This document shows positions 47,950 through 62,452 of a DNA stretch of 64,000 nt, piece by piece. The stretch spans positions 8,558,001-8,622,000 of the forward strand of contig NC_086101.1 in NCBI RefSeq assembly GCF_963921235.1, written 5' to 3'. The DNA comes from Mobula hypostoma (Eukaryota). The first letter of the stretch is position 1. Each line of letters opens with the position of its first letter. The notes beneath the pieces are model-generated. The model was not told the DNA's origin, did not search any database, and saw only the letters and a list, made by a program, of their open reading frames with translations. The position numbers were made by a program, and so were the translations under genes.

Positions 47950-48825
47950 TGTTAACTTACAGGCAGAGTCAGAGGTAAGGAAGGCAAATGCAAGTTTAGC
48001 ATTCATTTCATGGGCACCAGGATATAAAAGCAAGGATGTCCAGTATCAGACCGCAAAGCATTCCAGCGTGTGGCGAAAACTGCCCAGCGGATTATCAGCA
48101 CCCAATTGCCCACCATTGAGAACATCTACCATAAACGCTGCCTGGACAGGGTGAAAAGCATTATCAGGGATGCATCTCACCCTCACCATGGACTTTTTAC
48201 TCTCCTCCCATCCTGTAGGCGCTACAGGAGCCTCCCCTCCCACACCAGCAGGCACAGGAAGAGCTTCTTCCCTGAGGCTGTGACCCTGCTGAACCTCTCA
48301 TCACAGCGCTAAGCAGTATTGCACCCATGTTGTACAGTCTCAGTACTTTTATATTTGTGTGCTGTAGCACTCACTTTTTATTTGCAGTTATTTTGTAAAT
48401 AACACTATTCATTGCATTTCTGGTCAGATGCTAACTGCATTTCATTGGCTTTGTATCTGTACTCGACACAACGACAATAAAGTTAAATCTAATCTAATCT
48501 AATCTAATGCTGGGGCTTTATAAAGCACTGGTCAAAGTGCTCTTGGAGTATTGTGAGCTGTTTCGGGAAACTTATTTAAGGAAAGGTGTGTTTTCTTTGG
48601 AGAGGGTCGAGAGGAGGTTAACGAGAACGAGCACGGGATTGACAGGGTTAACATATGAGCAGCGTTTGAGGACTCTGGGCCCGTACTTGCTGGAGTTTAG
48701 AAGAATGACGGGGGGGGGGATCTCATTGAAACCTGTGAAAATTGGAACGCAGAGGAAGTGGACCTGGAGAGGAAGTTTCCTATAGTGGGGGAGTCTAGGA
48801 CCAGAGAGCACAGCCTCAGAGTTGA
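47950..48825 (+). mobile_element. CR1 fragment with nested Rex/Babar 3' end (48040-48505)
   Basis: Host rejoins as KSKDV|MLGLYKALV; insert IIRDASHPHHGLFTLLPS with (AATCT)n tail. Confidence 0.85.
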
Positions 48826-49494
48826 TGGCTGATAAGTGGGTTGGAGTCACAGGAAAATGCAGCACAGAAACAGGCCCTTTGGCCCAACTCATCCATGCTA
48901 GCCAAGGTGAACTTGTGCCTTCTAGTTCCTGATTGCCCAACCCTGGGAAAAGGACCGTGCATTCACCCTGTCAGTACCCCCCTCTTGAGTGTTCCACAAC
49001 ATAGTATGAGGTCACCTGTCAGTTTCCTGTGGGTTCATCCTCAGAAAGATATACTTCCTGATTACGATATTCAGATTCAGATTCACTTATGTGTCACAGG
49101 GGCATTGGAATATCCAGTGAACTGTTTTGTTTGCATTAGCAACCAACACACCCAAGGATGCTGTGGGGGGCAGCCCACAAGTGTCATCACACGCCCCAGT
49201 GACGACATCCACCCAGTGGCCACTGTAATAGTTGCTGGAGTGGAGCCTGGTCTGCTGTCCGCTCTTCCTGCTGCTGCAGCCCATCCACTTCAAGGTTTGG
49301 CATGCTGTGCCTTCAGAGGTGCTCTCCTGCACGGTTATTGGAGTTTATTTACCACCTGCCGTCGAAGCATACGGTGAAACGCGTTCTCCGTGTTAACAGC
49401 CAACACAGCCGAGAGTGCGCTGGGGGCAGCCCACAGGTATTGCCCCATTTTTCCGGCATCAACGCAGCATGACCGCAGGGCTTGGCAGAACACG

Positions 49495-49785
49495 TCACGG
49501 CAGCGTGGCAGTTAGCACGACTTTCAATGCATCTCGGGGCGTCGGAGTTTGGAGTTCAATTCTGACGCCATCTGTAAGGATTATGTACCCCCCCCACCCC
49601 ATGGAATACGTGGGGTTTCTCTGGGTACTCCACGTTCCAAAGTCACACCGGTCAGTGGGTTAATTGGTCATCGTAAACTATCCTGTGATTAGGCTAGGGT
49701 TGAATCGGGGGCTGCTGGGCAGGGTGGCTAGAAGCACCAGAAGGGCCTGTTCCACATTGTATCTCTAAATAAAATAAATAAATTA
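49495..49785 (+). mobile_element. V-SINE (others at about 32300-32470, 51160-51460, 53150-53390, 57095-57345, 58330-58625)
   Basis: tRNA-like head GGAGTTCAATTC, degenerate V-domain, TGTATCTCTAAATAAA tail. Confidence 0.7.
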
Positions 49786-51629
49786 AATTAAGAAGACACA
49801 GAACTCAGCAAGCAACAAAACAACACCACCAAAAGAAGCCCTATACTTCCCTCCCTGTGGTATTTGTGGAATTTGTGGCCACGTGCACCTGTGGAGGCCG
49901 GGTCGTTGGGTGTATTTAAGGTAGAGGTTGATAGGTTCTTGATTGGACAGGGCATCAAAGATTACGGGGAGAAGGCCAGGAAATGGGGTTGAGGAGGAGA
50001 AGAGAAACGATCAGCCACGATTGAATGGTGGAGCAGACTCGATGGGCCTGATGGCCTAATTCTGTTCCTGTCTCTTATGGTCTTGTGGTCTCCCTCCCAC
50101 ACACGTACACGCTTTTAACTGCAGGATAAGCCATCTTCTCCAGCCTCCAGCTGACAGAGACTCGGACTCAGGCTCGTGCTTGCAGATGTTGCCTTTCAAC
50201 TTCCAAAGTGGACTCTGTCGTGTACCTTTCACTAGGTCTTATATCAAAGAGCCAAAAAAAACAACACAGAGTGGATCTGTTGAGACATTCTTATTGCTAG
50301 CAATAACGAGAAATACCTCCACTCCTCATGCACCGAGTCTGCGTCTGGTTCACAGCTTACAAAGTTTGTTTTTTTACACAAGTATTCAGGCTATGCTTTG
50401 GCTGCTATCTGTTCTGCAGGTCAGTTCCCCCGCTTCAGTCCAGCTGCACGTTGCAAGGCCAGCAGTAGCCCAGCCTCCCCTTAGTTACACAATCAATGAA
50501 CGATGATCAAAGACATTGCATGCCTCCTGTCGCGTACACACTCAGCATATAGCAAAGCACTTTGGGATTTTGCAGGTTCCATTTTTTTGTCACATTACAA
50601 AAGTAAATTCCTGAAAATTCTCAAAGGTTTTGACTATGCTTCCGCAACTCACAGAGATCTGCAGCTTGTCTCTAGTCCATGTGCCTCGACTTCTGTTTCT
50701 CAATCCCCAACATCAACCCCACGTCATCCGACCACTGATCTCTCACATTTACATTGCTGCCCTTTATCTAGGGACCAAGAATATTCATGGTTTAGGGTGA
50801 ATGCTTATCCAGAGAGTAATTACTTTTGGATGGACATGTTGAACACATTCACTATGTCTGCTGAACATTTTTAGCATGCTATGGTGGTACTGGAATGTGC
50901 GACACTTTTGGGCCGCACCCAGGATATCCGTGGGTGTGTCGGTTGTTAACACAATTGAAACATTTCACTGTACGTTTGATAAATAAATGAATCTCAATCT
51001 GAAGTGGTATCTGAGGAGGCCGATGCTTCAGGCTCTTGATCAGAGATGGCGACTGTCCACAGGTGCTACCTGTCGCTCTGAGTTCCATGAACAGATTGGA
51101 CTCTTTTTTTGTGTTTCGCTCCAGATTCCAGTCTCTCTATTTGACAGGTTCACTAGCGAGCACTGAACATTTAGTATCACACTACAACACCAGCTATCAG
51201 CAGACAGGGTTCAAATCTCACCTCTGTCTGCCAGGAGTTTGTATGTTCTTCCTATGACTGCATGGGTTTCCTCCAGGTGCTCTGGTTTCCTCCCACATTG
51301 CAGGTTAGGGTTAAAAAGTTGTGGACCTGCTATGCTGGTACCAGAAGCAGGGCTACACCCGCGGGCTGCCCACAGCTCATCTTCGGACTGTTGGTCATCG
51401 ACGTAAACGATACATTTCACTGTATGTTTCGATGTGTGTGTGACAAATAAAGCAAATCTTTATTCCTATCTTCCCCATCAGCCTCCCTTATGCATGCCTG
51501 CCATATGTAGTGTGGAGATAGCACGACACAAGCTGTTACGTTACAAGTTCATTACAATGTTCCCACCTCACAGTTTGTTTTTTTTCTTCTTTTAGTCCAT
51601 ATCTCCCTCTTTTGTACTTTTTAAAAAAA

Positions 51630-51830
51630 TTCCAGGGAAGTTCTCTGCAAACACTCCAGATATTTATATACAACTGAGGGATTCCCCCATGTTTTTATTA
51701 GCGAGCTACGGCTTCTGTGCCTGTACCTAGTAAAGGGAACTCGGTGTTCAAAACTTCGGGACCTCAGTGCAGGGGCTTAACCCACCCCCCTTTCTCCCCT
51801 CGCCGTATCAAATACGTCGGCCCGCTGCTG
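51630..51830. promoter_or_regulatory. Candidate promoter/enhancer (STAT N4, kB, TATA-like, CpG-rich)
   Basis: TTCCAGGGAA 51630-51639; TATTTATATA 51661-51670; GGGATTCCCC 51678-51687. Confidence 0.3.
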
Positions 51831-51989
51831 AGGTTACATAGCCAGTAATCCTGGAATCAGGCAGAGTTCAGAAGTAAAATTATTATCAATGTACATAGAT
51901 GTCACCCTGAGATTAATTTTCTCATGAGCATTCACAGTAAATAGAAAGAAACACAATAAAAGCCTCACACAACAGAGAGGGACAGATAA

Positions 51990-52480
51990 CCCACACAAAA
52001 TGCAGGTCAGGCAGCATCTTTGGAAATGAATACACAGTCGATGTTTCGGGCCGAGGCCCTTCATCAGAACTGGAAAGGAAGGGGGAAGAGGACAGAATGG
52101 AAAGGCGAGCGGAGGGCGAGGAGGATAGCTAGGAGGTGATAGGTTAAGCCAGGTGAATGGGAAAGGGCTGGAGAGGAAGGAATCTCATTGGAGAGGAAAG
52201 TGGACCATAGGAGAAAGGGAAAAGGGAGGGGACCCAGAGGGATATAATAGGAAGGTGAGGTGAGGTAAGAGTGGGGAATAGAAGAGGGAAGGGGGAGGGA
52301 AAACATTTTACCAGAAGGAAAAATTAATGATCATGCCATCAGGTTGGAGGCTACCCAGATGGAATATAAGGTGATGCCCTCTACCCTGAGAGTGACACAA
52401 GAGGAGGACACGGACCTCCCACATGTGTCGGTATAGGAATGGGAATAGGAATTAAAATCGTTGGCCAGAATAAGGAAATG
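51990..52480 (-). mobile_element. Old PLE 3' fragment with hammerhead motif at 52035-52072 (similar fragment 54485-55020)
   Basis: CAGUU CUGAUGA A GGGC(CUCG)GCCC GAAAC AUC GACUG; upstream FHLGSLQPDGM remnant. Confidence 0.8.
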
Positions 52481-55400
52481 GGGGGAGGAGAAAAAGAGAG
52501 AGTCTGTGTGAGCCCCTTCCTTTCTTGTCCTTCCAGCATCTGCAAAATCTCTTGTGCTTTGGACAAGCAACCAATGTGCAACAAACTGCGCAAATACAAA
52601 AGAAAATAAATAAAATAATAATAAATAAATAGATATCGAGAGCACAAGCTGCAGAGTCCTTCAAAGTGGATTGGGTGAGTGAAGTTATCACCTCTGTTCA
52701 GGAGCCTGATGGCTGAGGGGTAATAACTGGCCTTGAACCTGGCTGTGCGGGACTTGATTTGTGGGTGCATATTCCCTTTCAGCATCAGTGAATGTAAATT
52801 TTGAGATTTGGTTGGGAATAAAATGCCATAGATTCAATGTCTGCAAATCTACCAGATAGTTAAAAAAATGTCATCAACAAATCTTCTAACATTTGTTAGT
52901 GATGGTAAACCTGATTCTGATTCTGATTCTGAAAACATAAATCAACCATAAATTGTACACAATTATTACAAGAAAGGGCACAATTCCAATCCTCAACCAC
53001 CTGGCTCATGAACTTTGCTCTCCCCAACATTAAACTCACATCAAGTCTCACTACAACTGATGTTCTCAATACTTACTTATTTATCTGTCTATCTACCTAT
53101 CTATCTAGCTATCTTATTTATTTATTTATTTATTGTTGTTGATGTATTCATGACTATTTATCTATTTATTTATTGAGCTACTGGCTTTGGAGCCATGGTA
53201 TCCCACAATCCCCCAAATTAACCCTAGCCTAATCACAGGACAATTGACATTAACCAATTAACCTACCAACCGGTACGTCTTTGGAATGTGCAATGAAACC
53301 AGAGCACCCGGAGGAAACCCATGCAGTCGGGGGAGAACGTACAAGCTGCTTACAGGCAGTGGCAGGATTTGAACCCAGGTCACCGGTACAATTGTATTTG
53401 CACAATTTATTGTTTTCTTACATGTAGAAACATAGAAAACCCAGGGCACAATACAGGCCCTTCGCCCACGATGCTGTGCCGATCATGTACTTATTTTAGA
53501 AATTACCTAGGGTTGCCCATAGCCCTCTATTTTTCTTAGCTCCGAGTACCTGTCCAGGAGTCTCTTAAGAGACCCTGTCGTATCCACCTCCACCACTGCC
53601 GCTGGCAACCCATTCCACGCACTCACCACTCTCTGTGTAAAAAACTTACCCCTGACATCTCCTCTGTACCTACTTCCAAGCACCTTAAAACTGTGCCCTC
53701 TCATGTTAGCCATTTCAGTATTGGGAAAAAGCCTCTGACCATCCACACGATCAATGCCTCTCATCATCTTATACACACCTTGAATTTTTGTCTGTATTTG
53801 TTCAGAGTTCAAAGCAAATTTGTTATCAAAGTACATATATGTCACCATATGCAACCCTGAGATTTTGTGGGCATAATCAATAAACCTATAGAATAATAAC
53901 CATAACACAATCGATGAAAGACCCACACCAACTTTGGAAATCTACCAGTGTGTAAAAGACCATAAGCTCTGCAAATACAAAAAGAAAGAAATAATAATAA
54001 TAAATAAATATGCACTAAATATTGAGAACATGAGATGAAGAGTCCTTGAAAGTGAGTCCATAGGTTGTGTGGGAACATTTAAATGATGGGGCAAGTGAAG
54101 TTGAGTGAAGCTATCCCCTCTAGTTCAAGATCCTGACGATTGAGGGGTAGTAACAGTTCCTGAACCTGGTGTTGTGTGTCTTGAGGGTCCTGTACATCCT
54201 TCCTGATGGCAGCTGTCTGAAGACAGCATGTTGTGTGTGTTTTTATTGACTCTATTGTGTTTCTTTGTATTTACTGTGTACGCCTGCATGAAAATGAATC
54301 TCAGGGTAGTATATGGTGACATATACTTATGTACCTTGATCATAAAGTTACTTTGAACTTTGAATAGAACAAAAATAAATTCCATTTTGATGCAAAGTGA
54401 TCATAGTATTGCATTACTGAGGGAGCCATGAGGATTTACGGTTTGTTTCAAGAACTGAATGGTGGAAGGGAAGTGGCTGGTTTTAAGCAACACACACAAA
54501 ATGCTGAAGGAACTCAGCATTTCAAGCAGTATCTCTGGAGGGACGTGAACAGTTAACGTTTTGGCTCAAGGCCCTTGTTCAGGACTGGAAAGGAAGGGGG
54601 GGCAGAAGCCAGAATAAGACTTGGTAGTGGGGGGACAAGTACAAGCTGGCAGATGATAGGTAAGGCCTCCTGAGGGGGAAAGTGGATGTGGGGGAGGGAG
54701 TGAAGCAAGAAGCTGGGAGGTGACAGGTGGAAGAGATGAAGGGCGAAGGAAGAAGGAATCTGATAGGACATGTGGAATATGGGAGAAAGGGAAGGAGGAG
54801 CAACAGAGGGGGGTGACGGTCAAGTGAGAAGAGGCTGTGAAAGGAACCACAATGGGGAATGGAGAAAGAGAGATTGCGGGGGGGTGGGGGGCAATTACTG
54901 AAAGCTGGAGGAATTGATGTTCCTGCCATCAGGTTGGAGGCCACCCAAACAGAATATGAGATGTTGCTCCTCCATCATCGTGACCGCAGAGGAGCCACGA
55001 CCAACACGTGGGAATGCAGATGGGGAGAATTCTTGAACCTAGTGGTGCTGCTTTACCGAGGCAGTAACCACAGCTGTGCAGGTGACCGCCAAGCTCAGAA
55101 TTAAGTGCTGGTCATAAACGCCAGCAAGGCCCCAGCTCCCAGCTTCCTAAAGGAAATGCAAGATAAGACATGGGCTGAGGCTTTATAAAGCACTGGTGAG
55201 GCCTCACTTGGACTGTTGTGAGCAGTTTTGGGCCCTTTATCTCTGAAAGGATGTGCTGACATGGGAGAGGGTTCAAAGGAGGTTCACAAAAATGATTCCG
55301 GGTTTGAAAGATGTCATATGAAGAGCATTTGATGGCCCTGGACCTCTACTCACTGGAATTTAGAAGCGTGAGGGGTGAAACATCAAATAGTAAAAGGCCT

Positions 55401-55916
55401 TGATACAGGGGATGTGGAGAGTCTAAGACTGGAGGACACAGCCTCAAATAGAGGGGAGACATTTTAGGACAGAGATGAGAAGGAACTTCTTTAGCGAGAA
55501 AGTGGTGAATTTGTGGAATTTGTTGTTGCCACAGGCTGCTGTAGAGGCCATGTCATTGGGCATATGTAAGGCAGAGGTTGATAGATTCTTGATTAGTCAG
55601 AGCATAAAAGGATACGGGGAGAAGACAGGAGATTGGGGCTGGGTGGTAAAATAGATCAGCCATGACGAAATAGCAGAGCAGACTCGATGGGCCAAATGAC
55701 CTAATTCTGCTCCTATATCTTATGGTCTTTTGGTTCAATAGTCCCACCTTGCTTTGGCAGCTTTATGATCAGGCTTGATCCAAACCTTGTCTCCTGCCGG
55801 GCACATTGCAGCCAATCACACTCAATACAAATAAATCATTCTGATCAATTTGCCTCAGTTCTTATTCCATTCATATTGTCTATCCTGCCGGGCTGTGAAC
55901 AATGCATTGCACTACC

Positions 55917-57091
55917 ATAATAAGGTCCCACATAGGAGATTAGTGTGCAAAATTAGAGCAAGTGGTATTGGGGGTAGGGTACTGACATGGATACAAAATT
56001 GGTTGGTAGACAGGAAAGAAAGAGTAGGGATTAGTGTGTCCTTTTCAGAATGGCAGGCGGTGACCAGTGGGGTACCACAAGGCTTGGTGCTGGGACCGCA
56101 GCTATTTACAATATACATTAATGATTTAGATGAAGGGATTAAAAGTAACATTAGAAAATTTGCAGATGACACAAAGTTGGGTGGAAGTGTGAAATGTGAG
56201 GAGGATGTTATGAGAATGCAGGGTGACTTGGACAGGCTGGGCGAGTGGGCAGATGCATGGCAGATGAAGTTTAATGTGGATAAATGTGAGGTTATCCACT
56301 TTAGTGGCAAGAACAGGAAGGCAGATTACTATCTGAATGGTGTCAAGTTATGAAAAGGGGAAGTACAATGAGATCTAGGTGTCCTTGTTCATCAGTCACC
56401 GAAAGTAAGCATGCAGATACAGCAGGCAGTGAAGAAAGCTAATGGCATGCTGGCCTTCATAACAAGGGGAATTGAGTATAGGAGCAAAGAGGTCCTTCTG
56501 CAGTTGTACAGGGCCCTGGTGAGACCACACCTGGAATATTGTGTACAGTTTTGGTTTCCAAATTTGAGGAAGGACATTCTAGCTATTGAGGGAGTGCAGC
56601 GTAGGTTCACCAGGTTAATTCCTGGGATGGCGGGACTGTCATATGTTGAAAGATTGGAGAGACTGGGGTTGTATACACTGGAATTTAGAAGGATGAGAGG
56701 GGATCTGATTGAAACATATCAGATTCTTAAGGGATTGGACACACTAGAGGCAGGAAACATGTTCCCGATGTTGGGGGAGTCCAGAACCAGAGGCCACAGT
56801 TTAAGAATAAGGGGTAAACAATTTAGAACGGAGTTGAGGAAAAACTTTTTCACACAGAAGGTTGTGGTTCTGTGGAATGCTCTCCCTCAGAAGGCAGAGG
56901 AGGCCAATTCACTGGATTCTTTCAAGAAAGAGTTAGATAGAGCTCTTAAAGATAGTGGAGTGAAGAGATATGGGGAGAAGGCAGGAAAAGGGTACTGATA
57001 GTGGATGATCAGCCATGATCACAGTGAATGGTGGTGCTGGCACAAAGGGCTGAATGGCCTACTCCTGCACCTATTGTCTATTGTCTATTGT
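55917..57091 (+). mobile_element. Well-preserved CR1 RT to 3' end
   Basis: KVPHRRL..SGVPQGLVLGPQLFTIYINDLD..KFADDTK, two in-frame stops near 56351-56370, then a 195-aa C-terminus; (TATTGTC)n tail. Confidence 0.95.
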
Positions 57092-59479
57092 AATGGGGCA
57101 CCACTGCAGTGTAGCATTAGTGCGATGCTCTTCTGGTGCCATCTGTAAGCAAGTTTATGTTCTTCCCATGGGATTCCTCCAAGTTCTATAGTTTCCTCAT
57201 GCAGTCCAAAGACAAACCAGTTAATAAGTTAACTGCTCGTTGTAAATTGCCCTGCAATTAGGCTCGTGTTAAATAGTTGGGTTGCTGGGCGACATGGCTC
57301 TTTTGGCCAGAGGGACCTTTTCCAAATTGTATCTCTAAATATATAGTACACATACTTTCTTTGTGTACCTCACTTCTCAGCTGGTAACGCCAAATTTGTT
57401 ATTTTTTTCTCCCCAAGTGTGAGGGAATGTCTCCATTCCGAGGGTGGTGAGAATGTAGAATGAGCTGCCAGGATGGGAGGGGTATGGAGAGCTGAGGTCT
57501 GGGTGCAGGTCAATTGGACCAGGCAGAGTAACAGTTTGGCATGGACTAGATGGTCTGAGTGGCCTGCTTCTGTGCTGCAGTGACTCTATGACTCTAGGAC
57601 CTGAAATGTTCACTCCCCTTCTCTCTCCACAGATGCTGTCTGTCTAGGTAATTAGTAACTGGTTTATTAGAGTCAGTTTTACTGAGATCTGTGAGAAAGG
57701 GACAGGGATGAGGGAAGTTAGAGGTCAAGGGTAGTACTGCCCAGAGCAGTGTCGCAGGAAAGCAGCATCCATCATCAGGGACCCCCACCATCTAGGCCAT
57801 GCTCTCTTCTCACTGCTGCCATCAGGAAGAAGGCACAGGAGCCTCAGGTCCTACACAACCAGGTTTAGGAACAGTTATTGCCCCTCAACTATCAGGCTCT
57901 TGAACCAGATGGGATAACTTCACTCAGCTTCACTTGCCCCAACACTGAACTGTTTCCACTACTTACAGACTCACTTTGAAGGACCCTTCATCTCATGTTC
58001 TTGATATTCACAGTTTTTTTATGCATTTTGTGCAGTTCGTTGTCTTTTGCACGTAGGTTGTTTGCTCACCTTGTGTATGGTTTTCCATTGAACAAGGTTG
58101 GCGGGCCCCAGGGACGTGAGCTAGTGTCCCCTGAGTTGGGCAAGTCCCGGGATCGATACCGAACCTCGAAGACTGTCATCGGCGAGTCCGGAACTCAGAG
58201 GCCCAGTGTCTGTCAATCTGCGAGACGGGATGCAGACTGGATATCCTTAACGGCCAGTCCTGGAGTTGGAGGGCATTCTTGGTGCATTAGTGGGTGAGAT
58301 CGAGAAAAAGGACTTGTTGTTTGGGTTTGTTGTTTATTTATTTTTTAATTTAGCAATACAGTGTGGAGTAGTCCGTCTGGCTCTTTGAGCCACGTCGCTC
58401 CAGCAACTGCTGACAAACCCAATTAACCCGAGCCTAATCACGGGACAATTTACAACGGCCAGTTGACTTACCAGTACAACTTTGGTTTGTGGGAGGAACC
58501 CAGAGTAGCCGAGGAAAACGCAAGCATTCCACGGGGGACTCCTCAGAGAACACCACTGGAATTGAACTCCCAACTCTGGAACAACCCGAACTACAACAGC
58601 GCCCCACTAACCGCTACGTTACCATGTTGTAGTTGCCTGTGTTGTTCTGCTGAATACAGTGGGTATGCTATGCTGATGCTGAAATGAGTGAGTGGCAACA
58701 CTAGCGGGCGGCCCCAGCACCTTCTTAGGTTGTGTTGGTGGTTAATTTCAGTGACACTTCTCGCTGTATGTTTGATGTAAATATGTAAGTAAATCTGAAT
58801 CTGAATCTCGACCTCCTCAAGGGCAACTGGGGATGGGGCATCTCAATACTGGCTCAGTCCAGTATTTATAGATGCATCCTTTGAATGAATATACTTTAGA
58901 ATATCTCCTAAAACTAGCCCTGCATTCAAAGCTCTGTCAAGGCTGGAGACTGCTGTCATATGCTATTATTATTAGGCTATATAAGTTAGTCTCGTGAGAC
59001 CATGGATTTGTGCGTTTGAAGGTTTCCAGGGCACAGGCCTGGGCAAGGTTGTTTAGAAGACCGGCAGTTGCCCATGCTGCAAGTCTCCCCTCTCCATGCC
59101 ACCGATGTTGTCCAAGGGAAGGGCACTAGGACCCATACAGCTTGGCACCGGTGTCGTCGCAGAGCAATGTGTGGTTAAGTGCCTTGCTCATGGACACAAC
59201 ATGCTGCCTCAGCTGAGGCTCGAACTAGCAACCTTCAGATCACTAGACCGACACCTTAACCATTTGGCCACATGCCAACACTGCCATATGCACTAGTACA
59301 GGTAAGTGACAAACTTACTTTCAACAGCATCATGGATGCAGACACACCGAAGGATAGGGGTTTCCCAACGTGGGGTCCTCTGACTCTTGCTCAATGGTAA
59401 GGCCTTAGCATAAAATAAAAAGTTGTGAACCCCTGCCCGAGGAGTAGGAAATGACTCGAGCATGCAATGATTCAAGGAC

Positions 59480-60630
59480 TTGGGAGCGTAGTGGACAGCG
59501 GGGAAGGCTATCAAAGCTTGCAGTGGGATCTGGATCAGCTGGCAAAAAAAAAAGACGTGTTGGAAGATGGCAGATGGAATTTAATACAGGTGGGAGGGAG
59601 GTGTTGAACTTTGGGACGACAAGCCAAAGTAGGACTTGCGTGGTGAGAGATAGGGCTCTGAGCGGTAGGGGTCTGAGGAGTGGAGCAAAAGAGATGGATC
59701 TGGAAATATGATCCAGAATTCCTTGAAAGCGATGCAGTAGGTATGATTTTAAAGAGAGCTTTTGGCACATTGGCAGTCATAGGTCAGAGAGTATTGAGTA
59801 CAGGAGTTGGGAAGTTATGCTGAATTTGTATAAGATGTTGGTGAGGCCTAACTTGGAATATTGTGTGCAAGTTCAGGTCACCTACCCACATGAAGGACAT
59901 CAATAATCTTGAAAAAGTACAGAGAAAAGTTATAAGGATGTTGCCAGAACTTGACGATGTGAGTTATATTGAAAGGGAGACTTGATAGAAGTAATGAACG
60001 TTATGAAAGGGTATTAATAGGGTACGTACAAGCAAGCTATTTCTACCGAGGTTAGGTGAGACTGGAACTTGAGGTCATGGGTTATGGGTTAAAGATGTAA
60101 TGTTTGAGGGGAACATGAGGCAGGACTTCTTCATCCAGAGGTTGGTGCGAGCTCCCAGCAGACGTGTTTGCTGCCAGGTCAATTGTAACACGTAAGATAA
60201 GTTTGGACAAGTGAGTGGATGGGAGGGGTGTGGTGGGCTATGTTCCAAGTGTGGGCTGATCAGACTAGGCATTATAAAAGTTTGACATGGACTAGATGGG
60301 TTAAAGGGCCAGTTTTTGTGCTGAAGCACTTTATGGCTCCATGACTCTCTGTCCCTATGTTGGTAAAGAATGCTTATGACACTCTTGACTTCATTAATCG
60401 AACCATTAGTTCTGTTACAGCTTTATGAATCCCTAGGTAGGCCGCATCTGGAGTATTGCATACCATTCTGGTTGGCCTAATATAGGAAGGATGCGGGGGA
60501 TTTGGATTTGGAGAGGCTGCAGAGAGGTTTACCAGGATGCTGCCTGGATTAGACATGTTGTAATACAGGAGAAGTTGGACAAAATTGGGTTGTTTTCTCT
60601 GGATCAGTGGAGGCTGAGGGGAGACCTCAG
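59480..60630 (+). mobile_element. Degenerate CR1 fragments
   Basis: WQMEFN, LYKMLVRPNLEYCVQ, LDKIGLFSLDQWRLRGDL. Confidence 0.75.
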
Positions 60631-61042
60631 AATTGGGTTTATTATCAATGACATATGTGGTGAAATTAGTCGTTTTGGGCAGCAGTGCAGTACATAGAAA
60701 AACACATCCTATGAGTTACAATAAGACGTATAAAACAATAATTAGGTAGTGGAAAATGATTACATATTTGTGAAGTGGTGTCCATGTGTTCATGGCACAT
60801 TCAGCAATTTGATGGCAGAGAGGAAGAAGCTGTTCCAAAAGCACTTAGTGTGGGTCTTCAGGCCCCGGAATCTCCTCCTTGATGGTATTAGTGATAAGGG
60901 ATTACAAAATTATCAACTGTTTCAACCTTGTTCCTGTGGTTGAAATGCCTAAATCTAGAGGGCATGCTTTTAAGCCGAGAAGGGTCAGTTGAAAGGAGAT
61001 GTTGGGTGCCTGGAGTTCAATGCCATAGGTAAAGCTGGATGT

Positions 61043-61915
61043 AAACATAGAAACATAGAAAACCTACAGCACAATACGGGACCTTTGGCCCACAAAGCTG
61101 TGCCGAACATGTCCCTACCTTAGAAATTACTAGGCTTACCTATAGCCCTCTATTTTTCTAAGCTCCATGTACCTATCTAAAAGTCTCTGAAAAGACCTGA
61201 TTGTATCCGCCTCCACCACCGTTGCCGGCAGCCCATTCCACGCACTGACCACTCTCTGAGTAAAAAACTTACCCCTGACATCTCCTCTGTACCTACTCCC
61301 CAGCACTGTAAAACTGTGTCCTCTTGTGGCAACCATTTCAGCCCTGGGAAAAAGCCTCTGACTATCCATATGATCAATGCCTCTCATCATCTTATACACC
61401 TCTATCAGGTCACCTCTCATCCTCCGTCGCTCCAAGGAGAAAAGGCTGAGTTTACTCAACCTATTCTCATAAGGCATGCTCCCCAATCCAGGCAACATCC
61501 TTGTAAATCTCCTCTGCACCCTTTCTATGGCTTCTACATCCTTCCTGTAGTGAGACGACCAGAACTGAGCACAGTACTCCAAGTGGGGTCTGAACAGGGT
61601 CCTATATAACGGCAACATTACCTCTCTGCTCCTAAATTCAATTCCACGATTGATGAAGGCCAATACACCATATGCCTTCTAAACCACAGAGCCAACCTGC
61701 ACAGCAGCTTTGAGTGTCCTAGGGACTCGGACCCCAAGATCCCTCTGATCCTCTACAGCGCCAAGAGTCTGACCATTAATACTATATTCTGCCATCATAT
61801 TTGACTGACCAAAATGAGCCACCTCACACTTATCTGGGTTGAACTTCATCTGCCACTTCTCAGCCCAGTTTTGCATCCTGTCAATGTCCCTTTGTAACCT
61901 CTGACAGCCCTCCAC
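61043..61915 (-). mobile_element. Young CR1 3' fragment, subfamily B
   Basis: EGCQRLQRDIDRMQNWAEKWQMKFNPDKC and open 175-aa C-terminal ORF; (TTTCTATG)n tail. Confidence 0.93.
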
Positions 61916-62341
61916 ATGATTGAGAATTTTAAGGACCTCTTATATAGGGACAACTCCAGCATGAATGGTCCCAAACCCGTCTGCAAACAGAGGGTTGGGC
62001 ATGGGGCCAGCAACTACTTCCTCTAAAAGCCCGGAGCTACAGGAATGTGACAAATCTCCAAAGGCCTCATCCCTGGGAGAGGAAAGATCTTCAAAGATGA
62101 GCTACACCTGGGGACCACTTGAAAGAGTGGTCCAGGAGAGGACTCGGGTCTGGGCTCCAGTAATGGGTGATGGGCCCAGTAGGGGTAGGTAAGTATATAG
62201 GCACACAATGTGCAGAGAATGGAGAGCATGGGCCTTGTTTAGGCAGAAGGTATTAGTTTAATTGGGCATTTAATCACCTGTTTAATTAGTTGGGCACAAT
62301 ACTGAAGGGCCTGTTCCTTTGTTGTACTGTTCGATGATCCA

Positions 62342-62452
62342 CGTTCTGTGTTCTGTGTTCCATGTTCGTGTTCCATGTTCCGTGTTCTGTGTTCCATGTT
62401 CGTGTTCCATGTTCCGTGTTCTGTGTTCCATGTTCCGTGTTCTGTGTTCTAT
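62342..62452 (+). repeat. 7-bp tandem repeat (TGTTCYR)n
   Basis: Alternating TGTTCTG, TGTTCCA and TGTTCCG units. Confidence 0.9.

Noticed and set aside
50180..50874. Two tandem ORFs in unique DNA
   Set aside because: No domain similarity recognised and no coherent splice model
55850..56998. RT ORFs as a domesticated gene or retron-like system
   Set aside because: Ordinary 5'-truncated CR1 with in-frame stops and a typical tail
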